A DNA stretch of 64,000 nt from a virus (Duplodnaviria > Caudoviricetes): the IMG/VR virus record IMGVR_UViG_3300036851_000157, positions 386 through 64,385 of that record; one strand, given 5' to 3'. A program made the translations under genes and the position numbers. Numbering within the stretch: position 1 is the stretch's first letter; each line of letters opens with the position of its first letter. A model generated the notes under the pieces. It did not search any database. It saw nothing but the letters and a program-made list of their open reading frames with translations, and was not told the origin of the DNA. Below, one piece after another: positions 37,055 through 47,231 of the stretch.

Positions 37055-37597
37055 TCACTTCCCCCAGGCGTCGTACTCGGCCTTGGTGATCGTTTCACCA
37101 GCGGCGTTGAAGTATACGGTCTCATCGTCGTGGACCTCCCAGTAGGGTTGGCCGTGCTTGGGCTCATCGAGACTCTCAGGCTTCTTGACGGGAACCGGAT
37201 GATCTGGCTCCTCGACATGTGAGATGGTCTCCACGACAGTGGTGTCCGGGTTGGCCTCTGCTTCCTTGTGTGAGACGAACATACCTGTGCCGGCACTGCG
37301 AGCTATCGTCTTGTGACCGGCTGAGCCAACAACAGGCTCAAAGGACTTTTTGAAGGCCTTCTCGGTGAATGCCTTGAACGACGTTCCTGTCTCCGACATC
37401 TTGAGAACGTAGTCGTCCACGAAGGCCTTCGCCTGTCGTGTGCTGATAGCGTTCTTATCGACGATCTTGACGAAGCGCTCCTTACCCTCACCACCGATCT
37501 CGCCGTTGCACCAGGCAGCGACCTCTTCGATGTTCTCTTCTGACACAATGACGTAGGTCACGTCAAAGCTCTTGCGCCTTGCATTCTTGATATCCAT
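37055..37597 (-). CDS. Hypothetical protein
   Basis: Good codon bias; RSAGTG.FVS..EAEANPDTTVVET module. Confidence 0.75.
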   Translation of the reverse strand: MDIKNARRKSFDVTYVIVSEENIEEVAAWCNGEIGGEGKERFVKIVDKNAISTRQAKAFVDDYVLKMSETGTSFKAFTEKAFKKSFEPVVGSAGHKTIARSAGTGMFVSHKEAEANPDTTVVETISHVEEPDHPVPVKKPESLDEPKHGQPYWEVHDDETVYFNAAGETITKAEYDAWGK

Positions 37598-37642
37598 CGT
37601 CTTCTTTCTTTTCTCAGTTCTTGATGGGGTGGGTGGACGGGA

Positions 37643-38026
37643 TCAGTCCGTATGAGTCTTCGACGTATGGATCGTCTCCACACCCTTCTCCTGATCTGCC
37701 AGGAGGGTGTAGGTCTTTCCCCCGTCCTTGGAGAAGGCTGTACTGTCGCGCTTGTTCTGCCAGATGCCTCCCTCTTCTCCCCAGACATCTGCGCCATGGA
37801 AGAACCACTCGTCCGGATCATCTGTGAGATCGCTGAGCGGCTGGAAACTGAGCAAACGGGTTATGACGGGAATCGCCACCGAAGCTGAACCCCCAGAATG
37901 TCCGAATGAGACAAACGCACGAACAACATTCAAGTACATCGCAACAATCTCCGGCTCTTCGCCGATGATCTCAAGTTCGCGCTGAGCATGCTTGACGAGA
38001 TTGGTGTCGGTTTCTGTCTCGGTCAT
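37643..38026 (-). CDS. Conserved phage hypothetical protein
   Basis: HA.REL, GHSGGSA, PLS.LT..PDEW, WQNKR.S..FS.DGG. Confidence 0.75.
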   Translation of the reverse strand: MTETETDTNLVKHAQRELEIIGEEPEIVAMYLNVVRAFVSFGHSGGSASVAIPVITRLLSFQPLSDLTDDPDEWFFHGADVWGEEGGIWQNKRDSTAFSKDGGKTYTLLADQEKGVETIHTSKTHTD

Positions 38027-38851
38027 GATTCCTTCCCTTCAAGCTTCGGCGGAGGCTTTGGCTTAGGTTTCTCCTCGACCAGCTCTTCCTTCTCGGCGTG
38101 GTTCACATGCTCCCAGACAGTCGTGAGAAACTCTCGCAGCTCATCGACAGTCATCCCCCACATGTATGCGCGCTCTCGCTCGTTGTAACCCTGATCTTTG
38201 AGCTTGTTGTTCACGCGGAGGACTGCAGCGTTCGTCTTAGATTCCAAATTGTTCTCACTCATGGGCATCCTTCTCGTTCGGATTGTCCTCAGTAATCTCT
38301 ACCACGATTACCTTGGTTTGCAGGTTCCATGACTGGTCATGGAAAAACCACTCCTTAAGAACTTCTTCTTCGATTCCTGAGAGTTTTGCGATTACAGGAA
38401 TCGTCTCCTCGTCAAGAAGAAAGGCGGTCGCCTTCTTTTCCATTACGTTTGCTCGTCCGGATTGTTCTTAGCGACTTCACCGAGCAGGAGAAACTCCTCC
38501 CAGCCCTCCAGCTCGATGATCTCGATGTGGTTCAAGTCGCCTTCGGTCTGAGCCTTCTGGAGATGCGTCTTGAGAGCAGTCCAGTCAGGGTACGACCCAT
38601 GACAAGCCGGACAGTAACGAGACTCTCCGATTTCAGCCATTGGCGATCCTCCTCTCGATTCCTTTTCGAACAGATGGTAGAACGTCGTTCATCTCCAAGA
38701 GTTGAACAACCTGCTCGAGAGAGACGTAGTACTTCCCGTCAATCTTCTTGGCATTCCAAGCAGGAGCCTTCTCCGGCTTCTTCTCTTCTTTCTTGCTGAA
38801 GGAAGTATTGAACAAATCGCCGAAACCGGTACCCCATCCGCCTTCACCCAT
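38023..38851 (-). CDS. Four coupled small ORFs (38023-38262, 38255-38443, 38443-38640 with C2H2-like motif, 38633-38851)
   Basis: Overlapping start/stop chain. Confidence 0.6.
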
Positions 38852-39177
38852 TATTCCACCGGCTTTCCGTGACTTTCGTAAGAAAGGTAGTCAATCGACA
38901 ATTCATTTGCCATGCGCTCTACCTGATCCTTGATTCGGTCGAAATTGTCCGGAGTGGTAGCAAGACCGATCTTGAATAGATACTCCTCATCGGCCAGCAC
39001 CGGCTGAGGATCACCTACAGGCGGGAAACACCTGAAGATGAATGTGTTGTAGTCAATGTCGTATGCGTCTCGATAGACCTCGTGAACTGAACGAACCATG
39101 CCGAAATGATCCTGACGAGTAAACAACTCGGCGTTCTCATCGTCCAATGCCTCTATGACTACAATGTACTTAGCCAT
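38851..39177 (-). CDS. Hypothetical protein
   Basis: AAGGAG RBS; coupled. Confidence 0.65.
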   Translation of the reverse strand: MAKYIVVIEALDDENAELFTRQDHFGMVRSVHEVYRDAYDIDYNTFIFRCFPPVGDPQPVLADEEYLFKIGLATTPDNFDRIKDQVERMANELSIDYLSYESHGKPVE

Positions 39178-39550
39178 TCGGAATTACTCCTTCCGGAATC
39201 TTCGGGTACGCAGCACTCATGATGATCACTACGGCCCTGAGAGTAGCCTTGTGGATGATCTTCAGGTCCTCGAAGCGCTCATCAGTGACATTAGTGCCGT
39301 ACATCGAGACATCGACGTCATGATTCTTCAAGAGAATCTCAATGCTTTCGCCATCTTCTGGCTTGTTGAACACTAACTCAGTAGTGATTGCTCCATCGTC
39401 TTCTCGACGAATATCTGTTGCCTTGCCAATAGGAAGACGCTGCCAGTCGTAGCCCCATGTGAGAGGAACTTCATCCGGAAACTCAATTGCATCCTTGATG
39501 ATGAACCATTCGTACTGAATGGCATCCTCAAAGCAGATCTCGACGCGCAT
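39170..39550 (-). CDS. Degenerate prohead-protease paralog
   Basis: VPLTWGYD...IGKA, VSMYG, HKATLRAVVII.SAA align with the capsid N-terminal protease domain. Confidence 0.55.
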   Translation of the reverse strand: MRVEICFEDAIQYEWFIIKDAIEFPDEVPLTWGYDWQRLPIGKATDIRREDDGAITTELVFNKPEDGESIEILLKNHDVDVSMYGTNVTDERFEDLKIIHKATLRAVVIIMSAAYPKIPEGVIPNG

Positions 39551-39638
39551 CAGTTCTCCTTCTTTGCAGGCCACTTAGCCCCACAGCTGGAACAACCTTG
39601 ATATGGCTTTCGCTCTGCGCCGCATATTCCACACGTCA

Positions 39639-39962
39639 TCAGACACTCATTCCTGCCTTGCGCTCCACCCGAGTAAAGCGAGCGTCCGCTGCGGAAATCC
39701 AACCACCAAGAGTCATTCCGTTGGGAAGCTTCGTGCCGAGAACGTCAGCCGCAGGTCCAGGAGGGCCAGCTGGACCCGTAGCGCCAGTAGCTCCTATAGG
39801 ACCAACAGGACCAGGAACGTTCATTGGGGGGCACTCGTTCATATCCCACTTCTTCTCTTCAGCCTTCTCCTCGAGCTTCATGTGGTATCCGCCGTAGATT
39901 CCGACGATCAGAACGACAAATGACCACAGAGATACCACCACTGCTGTCCAAAAGAAATTCAT
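39639..39962 (-). CDS. Membrane protein with short collagen repeat
   Basis: N-terminal TM; GPVGPIGATGATGPAGPPGPA. Confidence 0.7.
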   Translation of the reverse strand: MNFFWTAVVVSLWSFVVLIVGIYGGYHMKLEEKAEEKKWDMNECPPMNVPGPVGPIGATGATGPAGPPGPAADVLGTKLPNGMTLGGWISAADARFTRVERKAGMSV

Positions 39963-40372
39963 AGACGAAGCCTCCCTTCTGAATCCTCATGTTCTGGGTT
40001 GATGTGAGCCCACTGCTTGATGCAAGTGGTTCCCTTACCGAGTTCGTGATCGAAGTGCACCGGCTCGTTGCAGAACCGGCCGAACACAACACCCTTATGA
40101 ATCACTTGCACAACTTCGTCATGTTCCATGTTCAAGAAGACGTCCTCGTCTGAAGCGGCGGGGTACATCTCTTCTTCCTGAGCAGCAGGAGCGAAGTTCT
40201 TGAGATGCTTATCGATCTCGTCCTGGACCCGGTTCTCGAGAGCATCCGAAATATCCTGAAGCTTCTCCATCTGCTCCTTCGTCGGATCCTTGATTCCGAA
40301 TTCGTTTGCCAACGCCAGGAGCGACCGAAGAGTCGCGTCCCGGACGTTGAACTTGTCAAGCTTGAGGTCCAT
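39959..40372 (-). CDS. Hypothetical protein
   Basis: Coupled ORF with GGAGG RBS. Confidence 0.7.
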   Translation of the reverse strand: MDLKLDKFNVRDATLRSLLALANEFGIKDPTKEQMEKLQDISDALENRVQDEIDKHLKNFAPAAQEEEMYPAASDEDVFLNMEHDEVVQVIHKGVVFGRFCNEPVHFDHELGKGTTCIKQWAHINPEHEDSEGRLRL

Positions 40373-40541
40373 TAGTCCTTACCTCCTTCAAGAATCCAAC
40401 CGAACATGAAGAGTCCTGTTGCAATCAGGATAAGACCAATAATCAGTAACCAAATCATCAGTCATCCCAAACTAACGCTAAGATGGCCAGAACAACACCG
40501 GTTGCGATCATGAAGCTCCCGAGAACCAATACCGCCCACAT
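40372..40541 (-). CDS. Two tandem hydrophobic peptides (40458-40541, 40372-40458)
   Basis: TGATG/TAATG coupling; both contain IATG. Confidence 0.55.
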
Positions 40542-40885
40542 CAGACAGCCCTCCCCGCGACGAGATTACTGACCGTCAGAGAGATGGCCTTCGGTTCGCC
40601 ATCTCTCTCCCAGGAGCTTCGAAGCATAGAATACTCGTCCGTTCGCATTTCTATCGAGCTTCCTTCGTCGAGCGTTCGCTGGAAGAAGATGTACTCCTCC
40701 GATGGCTGATCCGGAGAGAGCTCGAGGATCACACTGCGTATGAGCAGGTCGTCTGCCTCCGACGGCTGGATGATCGTCTGGTTGATCACGTGAGACTTTC
40801 TAAACTGGGGCCACCCCATGAGGATGACCACTACAGCGGCGGACTTGATGAGCGTCCGGACAACACTCGCAGTTCCTTCGTTCAC
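40541..40885 (-). CDS. Hypothetical membrane-anchored protein
   Basis: Coupled ORF; hydrophobic N-terminus; start uncertain. Confidence 0.55.
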   Translation of the reverse strand: MNEGTASVVRTLIKSAAVVVILMGWPQFRKSHVINQTIIQPSEADDLLIRSVILELSPDQPSEEYIFFQRTLDEGSSIEMRTDEYSMLRSSWERDGEPKAISLTVSNLVAGRAV

Positions 40886-41199
40886 TTCACCACTCCTTCT
40901 TGCTTGGGGTTGCTCCAACCCTTGACTTGGAACATATCGTCGAGATTCACTCCGGAGAACCATTCCTCGACTGCTTCCTTGACCTCGAATCGCCCTTCGG
41001 TGAGGCCCTCCTCGACGAGAGAACTAACCACACTTGTGAGATCGCCGTTGACGACGTAGTCCTCAATCAGCTTGGCAACGATAATGAGTGTCTCTCCCGA
41101 CTCGAAAGCATTGTTGAGATACTCCAACGCCTTTTCGATCGAGTAGGCTCGAACTTGCTGATTAAAATTCGCTCGCCCAAAATCCGCGAAATCGATCAC
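40882..41199 (-). CDS. Hypothetical protein
   Basis: Coupled ORF; similar to 41762-41920. Confidence 0.7.
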   Translation of the reverse strand: MIDFADFGRANFNQQVRAYSIEKALEYLNNAFESGETLIIVAKLIEDYVVNGDLTSVVSSLVEEGLTEGRFEVKEAVEEWFSGVNLDDMFQVKGWSNPKQEGVVK

Positions 41200-41759
41200 G
41201 CTTCACCCCTTGCGTCCTTTTGGAGCTCGTCCCACTTCATGTCGAGCTCATCCTCGATGACCACGACATACATGGTCTTGAGGTAAGCAGCAACGCCGTC
41301 AGTCTCCTGCGGCGTGCCCTCGAACATCGTGTAGAAGTACGGAACGAACGATAGGTCCACCGTAGCGATATCCGCATCGTCGAGAAGGCCGATGTTTTCT
41401 TGCGTCAGAAGCGTCTCATTGCGAGACTTGTCGCCGATCATCTTGACCCGAGGCGGGTTGACCTTGTAGCCGACTTTGCACTTCAGAACGCAGCGTTCGA
41501 TCTGATCCTCGTCGTCCTCGCGAGGCAGCTTGCACTTGACATTCCAGCCCTCCGCGCCGAGATCGTCTGCCTCCTTCTTGGTGAGATGGATGTTGAAGTT
41601 CCGGTCGCCTTCTGAGTTATACGGGGTCTTACTTCCGCTGAAGTTGGGCCACAGAATGCGCTCACGAAGCGTGTCGTCATCCTGCACTACGACAACATCC
41701 CCTCGCGCGATCTTGATTCCCAAGTGCTCAAGAGGGTACTTACCCTTTGACAGTGCCAT
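41196..41759 (-). CDS. Putative single-stranded DNA-binding protein
   Basis: NFSG....YN.EGDRNF, GWNVK, AYLKTMYV.V.EDELD; near polymerase. Confidence 0.65.
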   Translation of the reverse strand: MALSKGKYPLEHLGIKIARGDVVVVQDDDTLRERILWPNFSGSKTPYNSEGDRNFNIHLTKKEADDLGAEGWNVKCKLPREDDEDQIERCVLKCKVGYKVNPPRVKMIGDKSRNETLLTQENIGLLDDADIATVDLSFVPYFYTMFEGTPQETDGVAAYLKTMYVVVIEDELDMKWDELQKDARGEA

Positions 41760-41761
41760 GC

Positions 41762-41920
41762 TCAGTTCTCCTTGCCGTTGAGGATGTACTCCTCGATCTT
41801 GGCTGCTATGTCGATAAGGCCTCGGCCCATGTCAGACACCGAGCTACGAGCGATGTTGGCCTGAGCCACCGATTCCAACCGAATGCGCTGTTCTACTGTG
41901 AGCTTATCTTCGATCATCAC
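41762..41920 (-). CDS. Small hypothetical protein
   Basis: AAGGAG RBS before VMIEDK. Confidence 0.55.
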   Translation of the reverse strand: MMIEDKLTVEQRIRLESVAQANIARSSVSDMGRGLIDIAAKIEEYILNGKEN

Positions 41921-42172
41921 TTCTCCTTGTGGTCCGACTTGAAGGAACCGACGAACTTCTGTCGTCGGTTCCGCTTGCTCCCCGCTGCCTTGCGACGCGA
42001 GATGGATCGGTTTGTCAGTGCTCGCAAACGGAACGGCTTGTGCGGCCTCTCGGTCATGATTTCTCCTTCTTGAAGATCTCCTTGAGGAGCTCTCGATTCT
42101 TGTCCTGACGATCCTTGGCGGATCCTTGGCGACGAAGTTTCGCTTCTCGTCCATTCCGCTTGTGCGGCTTCA

Positions 42173-42436
42173 TCAGTTCTTCTTTCCGTTGATCTTCTTC
42201 CGAGCCTGCTTCGGAAGGGGCTTGTGAGTCGGCTTCTTAGCAACTCCGTTTTTCTGGGCGAGTTCCTTGGACTTCACGATCTTCTTCTTCTTGAGTTCCT
42301 CCTGAGCTCGCTTAGCCTCCTCTTCGCGCTGGTTGCGTACCTTGTTCAAAACATCGAGATTGCCTTCCTTCACCGTCGTCATGAACATCTCCCTCTTTTC
42401 GAGAGCGCGCTGGTGCTTGATCTTGCGGGCAGTCAT
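42173..42436 (-). CDS. Basic hypothetical protein
   Basis: AAGGAG RBS before MTARK. Confidence 0.65.
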   Translation of the reverse strand: MTARKIKHQRALEKREMFMTTVKEGNLDVLNKVRNQREEEAKRAQEELKKKKIVKSKELAQKNGVAKKPTHKPLPKQARKKINGKKN

Positions 42437-42447
42437 CTCAGTTCTCC

Positions 42448-42879
42448 TTAGTTTTCTCTTGAAATGGATCCATCGGGCCAAACAATCATCAGAGTTGTGT
42501 TTGTCTTTCTCGCATAACGAATCGTCGCCCAGGTTCCAGAACCTCGAAACTGTTCTGTTGTTTCGCCTGGAGTGGCGATCATGAGATCGACAGAATCCAC
42601 AATGATCTTGTTTCGAACTAGAGGCGGCAACTCCTCGTAATCAACGTCGCACTCACTGTAAGCTCGCTGATTCGAGAGGTTACAGGGGTGTGAGTGAATG
42701 TACACTCCAGGAAAAGTTGAAACCACGTCGCGAGCCTCCGCGTCAGCTCCAATACAATCCCCGTCATGCCACTCTCTCACGCCCAGATCTTTCCGCCAAT
42801 TCTCTTCAAGAATATGCTGAAGAGCATCGTCCTGCTGGTGGGTCATGCCACGTCTTGTACCGGTGAACCCAATTTTCAT
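42448..42879 (-). CDS. SLOG/DprA-like Rossmann protein
   Basis: IGFTGTR, HDGDC.GAD, RN..IVD, SGTWATIRYA. Confidence 0.75.
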   Translation of the reverse strand: MKIGFTGTRRGMTHQQDDALQHILEENWRKDLGVREWHDGDCIGADAEARDVVSTFPGVYIHSHPCNLSNQRAYSECDVDYEELPPLVRNKIIVDSVDLMIATPGETTEQFRGSGTWATIRYARKTNTTLMIVWPDGSISREN

Positions 42880-42893
42880 CCTTCTTGCTCCTT

Positions 42894-45800
42894 CTAGCTA
42901 GTGAATTCCTCGACCGGAACAAACGCCTCGATCGTCTTCTTGGCTGCGTCCATCAGTTTGTCGAAATATCTGTAGTCAATGTACTCGTCCGAGAACTCTC
43001 CAAGAGTCTTAGCGACCTCGGCCTCGATCCACAAATACCCCTTCGTGCCTGTAACGCTGAAGAGCTTGTCCTCCTCGCTACAGCGATAAAGAACCCCGGC
43101 CCCGCGAGTTCCTTCCTTCACCGGATAGAACAGTCCGCTCTTACCGATGTAACGCATTCCTTCCTTGACGGGAGGAGGCTTGTCGTACTCGAGATCCAAG
43201 TACATGACACCCTTCGTAACCTGCTTGGCCTGAGCCAGATCACGGAGATTGGTAATCTCTCCTGAGAAGAGATTCTTGAAGATCCAGGGCTCCTGGAACT
43301 GAGCGCCGGTTGCAGTCCACTGTCCTGCCATAGCAGGGTCATCAGCCTTCCACTTGTATCGGCCCACATAAACGGCGTCGTTCGCTAGAAGCAGCTTGTC
43401 GAACGTGGCTTCATGCTCGAACGTGTAACCGTACTTCTCGCCATATAACATGACCTCACGGATGATAAAGTCATCGGCATTCGGAATCTTCACCGAGTCC
43501 GTCTTGATGTGAGCTACAGTGTAACCCAGGCTCTGGATGTGGTGCTTCAGATCGATCATGAACAGAGCACCGCGCTTCGCTACGATGTTATCTCTGTTAC
43601 GATCGTCCTTGAATTTGTTTGGGAACCGCGCTGCAGTCAGCCCGTACACAATGTTGATAACGATCTTCAGAGCATCAGACAGAGCCTTCAGCTCAGACTT
43701 CTCACCACCAAGAAACGGCTTGAGTCTCCCATCGAGGAGTTTAGCGGCACGATTTAGGTCGCCACCCTTGATGGCAAGTCGGGCATCGACAAGATCGTTG
43801 AACTGCTTGGTGTAAGGACCGAAAAGGTTGAGGACTCGAATCGACGTCGGATGCATAGAAGCAACGTCCAAAAGAGCAGCATCCTCATAGTAGCCGGGCT
43901 CGGCGTATACGTAACCGCCCTCACCCGGGTCTTCGTCTCGATAGACAGACTTACCTTGATCGTAGGCATAACCCTTGAACTCCTTACCCAAGTCCGTGTA
44001 AACGAAACTTGCTTGCGGGTTGCGGTCATCCCCGAAGATGATCTTTGCAGTATGAGCTTGGGTTGTGTGATTGACACTTAGCCCACTCAACTCGGCAAGG
44101 ATCTGTCGAGCTTTGAAGTCACCTTCTCGATCGTCTGCTACCTCATCCGTGGTTTGGACGTCATTCCTGCAGTACTTCAGAATCTCAGGAATCTGCTCTT
44201 CTCGAACATCCTTATCCCAAGGAATGTTGCTCTCCATGTGGCGCAGTCCCAAATCGATCTGGAACTTCTTAAGAGACTTCTTGATGCTGCTATAGTCCCA
44301 AATATCCGCGTAGGAAAGGTTGTACGCCTCTCCAAAGAGCGCGTCGTTTCTGTTACCCACGATGATCTTCTGAGTCAGATCGAACAACTGCTTGTTGGAA
44401 TATCCGAGCATACGTGCGTACAGGATGTGGTTATCGAAGCGTCGGTTGTAGAACCCGATGAGCCGATAGGTGGAAACCAACTCCTCAATTTGCTGAGGAG
44501 TCGGATTGACCATGTCAGTGATCGTGCTTTCGTGTGCGCCACGAAGTTTCCAGCACACCACAAACAGATTCGGATAGACCTCAACGTCGTAAACGGCGAT
44601 CGGCTTCTCCGGCTGATCCTGCATGAGAGCATCCTCATCGACCAGTTCCGACTTCCAGTGGATCTTCATCACAACGTTTAGCGCCGCCGAAGACTGATTC
44701 GACGACTGGTTCGCGAAAGAGATGATTCGAGGCTTGAGGTCTGTAACGTCGTACGACATTCCAGAATCGTAAGCCTCGTCTGTCACCTTCTGGATGAAGT
44801 CCACATTCGACTTAGTGTGCGGATGAACTCGTTTCCTGAGAGCTCCCTCAATGAGGTTCCTCAAGTGACGCTCATCCTGAACGATCTTCTCCGCTAACAC
44901 ACGTTTCTCCTTGAGCGGGAGGGCTCCTTCTCGCAACGTACTGATTGGGATGTTGTTACACCGAGTAAGGCGACGTCGGAGAGAGGAGTTTCCATCAAAG
45001 GATTTGACCTCGATTCCGCGAGAGTGAGTAAGGGACAGTTCCGACACGTCTCCATCGTAGAGATAGTGAAGGTGCACCCCATTTCCACCTTGAGAAAGTT
45101 CACCATATGTCGCAGGCCAATTGGACGCCGCTTCGAGATTTCTCTCAAGCGACTTGTTTCCGGACTCGTCCGTGATGTCGAAGTCGATGACGATGTGGTT
45201 CTTGGGTACCTTGACATAATGAAGTTCGGAAGTATCGAGATCGGCCAGTATTGTGCTGGCGTTTTCCCACTTGTACTTCGGACGCCAAAGTTGCTTTTCG
45301 TCATCGAAGACTGCTTGTTGAGCCGAACAGTCAGCCAAGACTTCGTCGAGAAGACTCTCCTCGAGATCCAAGACCAAACTGTATGCATGCGCCCCCTTGA
45401 TAGGAGCCTTGAAAGGATGAGCGTTGAAGCCAGTGTAAAGACTCCTAACGTCAGCGTTATTGAACCGTCCACGGTCTTTGTACTCCTTGAAGTAACTCTT
45501 CAACTCTTCACGGATCTCATACATGGGGCGCACCTTCTCGATGTTTGCCTCGCTGCAGTATTGCTTATAGAGTTGGTACGCCTGAGAGAGCGTCGTACCA
45601 TCCTGCTGCTTGAAGACATCCCAGTTGTACTCGATGTAGTTGAAGAACACGTTAGTCTGGAGCATCATTTGATTCGGACGATATCCAGAGTAGTACGCCT
45701 TCCCCATCTCGCGATAAACCTTAAGACAATGCGCAGCAATCGCGCCCAACTCAAAGTCTATTTGTGCCATGAGAGCGTGGTAGTGGTTTTCTGGCAGGTT

Positions 45801-46706
45801 TACACCGGTCGGGTTGATGTCGATCATTCGTCGAAGAAGACCCGACTTAGACGACGTGATTTTGACCGGTTCGTTGGTGCCGACAAGCAAGAAAGCGTTT
45901 ACCCTACTTGAGTGAGTGGGCTTGTACTTCTCGTTCATCAGCATCTTTTCGTGTGAGACGATTGAGTTGATCTTAGTATTATCGCTTACGCGACTAAGAT
46001 CTGCATCCTGCTGAATCGCTACGAGAGGGTTCTTTCCGAACGCTTCGGTTGCGAACTGAGCGTTACTGTTCCCCAGAGCCTTGGCATCGAACGAAGTGGT
46101 GTATCCATGGAACAATCTCTCGATGATATCGAGAACCGTCCCCTTACCAGATCCTGGAGGACCGTAGAACACACCAAACTTTTGAATGTACTTGCTGTCA
46201 CCAGCAACAATACATCCAATAATCCACTCAATTTTCGCACGCTCTTCCACAGAATAAAGAGTGCCAAGCAGCTCATCGTAAGCAGGACAATCTCCAGAAA
46301 CAAGAGCGTAAGGAAGACGGTGTGAAACATAATCCTCCTTCTTGACGTCTGTGTTTAGGAATGTGAGGGTGCTGTTCAGTTCATGACTGTTGTCGCTAAG
46401 AAGGCTGATGAAATTCCGGAATGCCCTCCAACTTCCGTTGGCCGAGGAGCGAAGATACTTGACCGAGAACGGTGCTGAGATATCCAGATTGTCCGCGTAC
46501 TTCTTCAACTCAGCATCAACGAGCCGCTGTACATCGTATTCGTCTGTGCTCCACAGACCCTTCTCCTCATCCCAGATAGCATAGAATTGCTTCCCCTTGA
46601 CCATCAGATCCGTGAATCTGTTGACCTGGAAGTCTGGGATGATGTCGTATTCACCCTTTCGCGGTCCGCTCTTTACTTCGCTAAGAACAATCTTGAAGAA
46701 ATCCAT
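42894..46706 (-). CDS. Fused SF3 helicase, primase and family-B-like DNA polymerase
   Basis: GPPGSGKG; VIDFDI...SQGGNGVHLHY; exonuclease YDVEV; DVASMHP, K..IN..YG, KTDS. Confidence 0.9.
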   Translation of the reverse strand: MDFFKIVLSEVKSGPRKGEYDIIPDFQVNRFTDLMVKGKQFYAIWDEEKGLWSTDEYDVQRLVDAELKKYADNLDISAPFSVKYLRSSANGSWRAFRNFISLLSDNSHELNSTLTFLNTDVKKEDYVSHRLPYALVSGDCPAYDELLGTLYSVEERAKIEWIIGCIVAGDSKYIQKFGVFYGPPGSGKGTVLDIIERLFHGYTTSFDAKALGNSNAQFATEAFGKNPLVAIQQDADLSRVSDNTKINSIVSHEKMLMNEKYKPTHSSRVNAFLLVGTNEPVKITSSKSGLLRRMIDINPTGVNLPENHYHALMAQIDFELGAIAAHCLKVYREMGKAYYSGYRPNQMMLQTNVFFNYIEYNWDVFKQQDGTTLSQAYQLYKQYCSEANIEKVRPMYEIREELKSYFKEYKDRGRFNNADVRSLYTGFNAHPFKAPIKGAHAYSLVLDLEESLLDEVLADCSAQQAVFDDEKQLWRPKYKWENASTILADLDTSELHYVKVPKNHIVIDFDITDESGNKSLERNLEAASNWPATYGELSQGGNGVHLHYLYDGDVSELSLTHSRGIEVKSFDGNSSLRRRLTRCNNIPISTLREGALPLKEKRVLAEKIVQDERHLRNLIEGALRKRVHPHTKSNVDFIQKVTDEAYDSGMSYDVTDLKPRIISFANQSSNQSSAALNVVMKIHWKSELVDEDALMQDQPEKPIAVYDVEVYPNLFVVCWKLRGAHESTITDMVNPTPQQIEELVSTYRLIGFYNRRFDNHILYARMLGYSNKQLFDLTQKIIVGNRNDALFGEAYNLSYADIWDYSSIKKSLKKFQIDLGLRHMESNIPWDKDVREEQIPEILKYCRNDVQTTDEVADDREGDFKARQILAELSGLSVNHTTQAHTAKIIFGDDRNPQASFVYTDLGKEFKGYAYDQGKSVYRDEDPGEGGYVYAEPGYYEDAALLDVASMHPTSIRVLNLFGPYTKQFNDLVDARLAIKGGDLNRAAKLLDGRLKPFLGGEKSELKALSDALKIVINIVYGLTAARFPNKFKDDRNRDNIVAKRGALFMIDLKHHIQSLGYTVAHIKTDSVKIPNADDFIIREVMLYGEKYGYTFEHEATFDKLLLANDAVYVGRYKWKADDPAMAGQWTATGAQFQEPWIFKNLFSGEITNLRDLAQAKQVTKGVMYLDLEYDKPPPVKEGMRYIGKSGLFYPVKEGTRGAGVLYRCSEEDKLFSVTGTKGYLWIEAEVAKTLGEFSDEYIDYRYFDKLMDAAKKTIEAFVPVEEFTS

Positions 46707-46718
46707 CTCACCTCCCTT

Positions 46719-47231
46719 CTAGCTCATCTCAAGAATGTAAGACTCCATCTGGAACCAAAGTTCCACGTCTCTCTGATCTTCTCGAGGCTCTTGGAGCGGG
46801 AACAGCCCGCCGTTTCCGTCATAGCTGTACTGTCTCCAGACCAACCTCTCAATGATCTCGTCCACACGGTTACGGTGGTATCGACTATTCGAATATCGGG
46901 CAAGACCCAAGTTGTTGATGAGATGCCAGAACCACTCGCCCACCTCTCCTTCGGCTGTGAAAGAGAGATGGCGAGCAACCCCGACCAACATTTCCAGCAC
47001 TGAGCAACCCAACTCCATCCAATGATGGGTTGGACGCATGCGTCCAGATCGAACAAATTCCTTTCGGAGAGCTAATCCATCCGCACAACGGTTATCGTCA
47101 TTCGGAACAAGCATTACAAACTCTCGCTCAAAGAGATGTTTCAACAGACGATCGTGCTGAATTCCCTGCTCTTGAGGCCCTACCAGGTCTTGTAGCCACT
47201 CCAGGTAGGCGGCATCAAGCTGTTCACTCAT
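46719..47231 (-). CDS. Conserved phage hypothetical protein
   Basis: NDDNR.ADG..LR, CSVLEML, GGLFP, ELW.QM. Confidence 0.8.
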   Translation of the reverse strand: MSEQLDAAYLEWLQDLVGPQEQGIQHDRLLKHLFEREFVMLVPNDDNRCADGLALRKEFVRSGRMRPTHHWMELGCSVLEMLVGVARHLSFTAEGEVGEWFWHLINNLGLARYSNSRYHRNRVDEIIERLVWRQYSYDGNGGLFPLQEPREDQRDVELWFQMESYILEMS

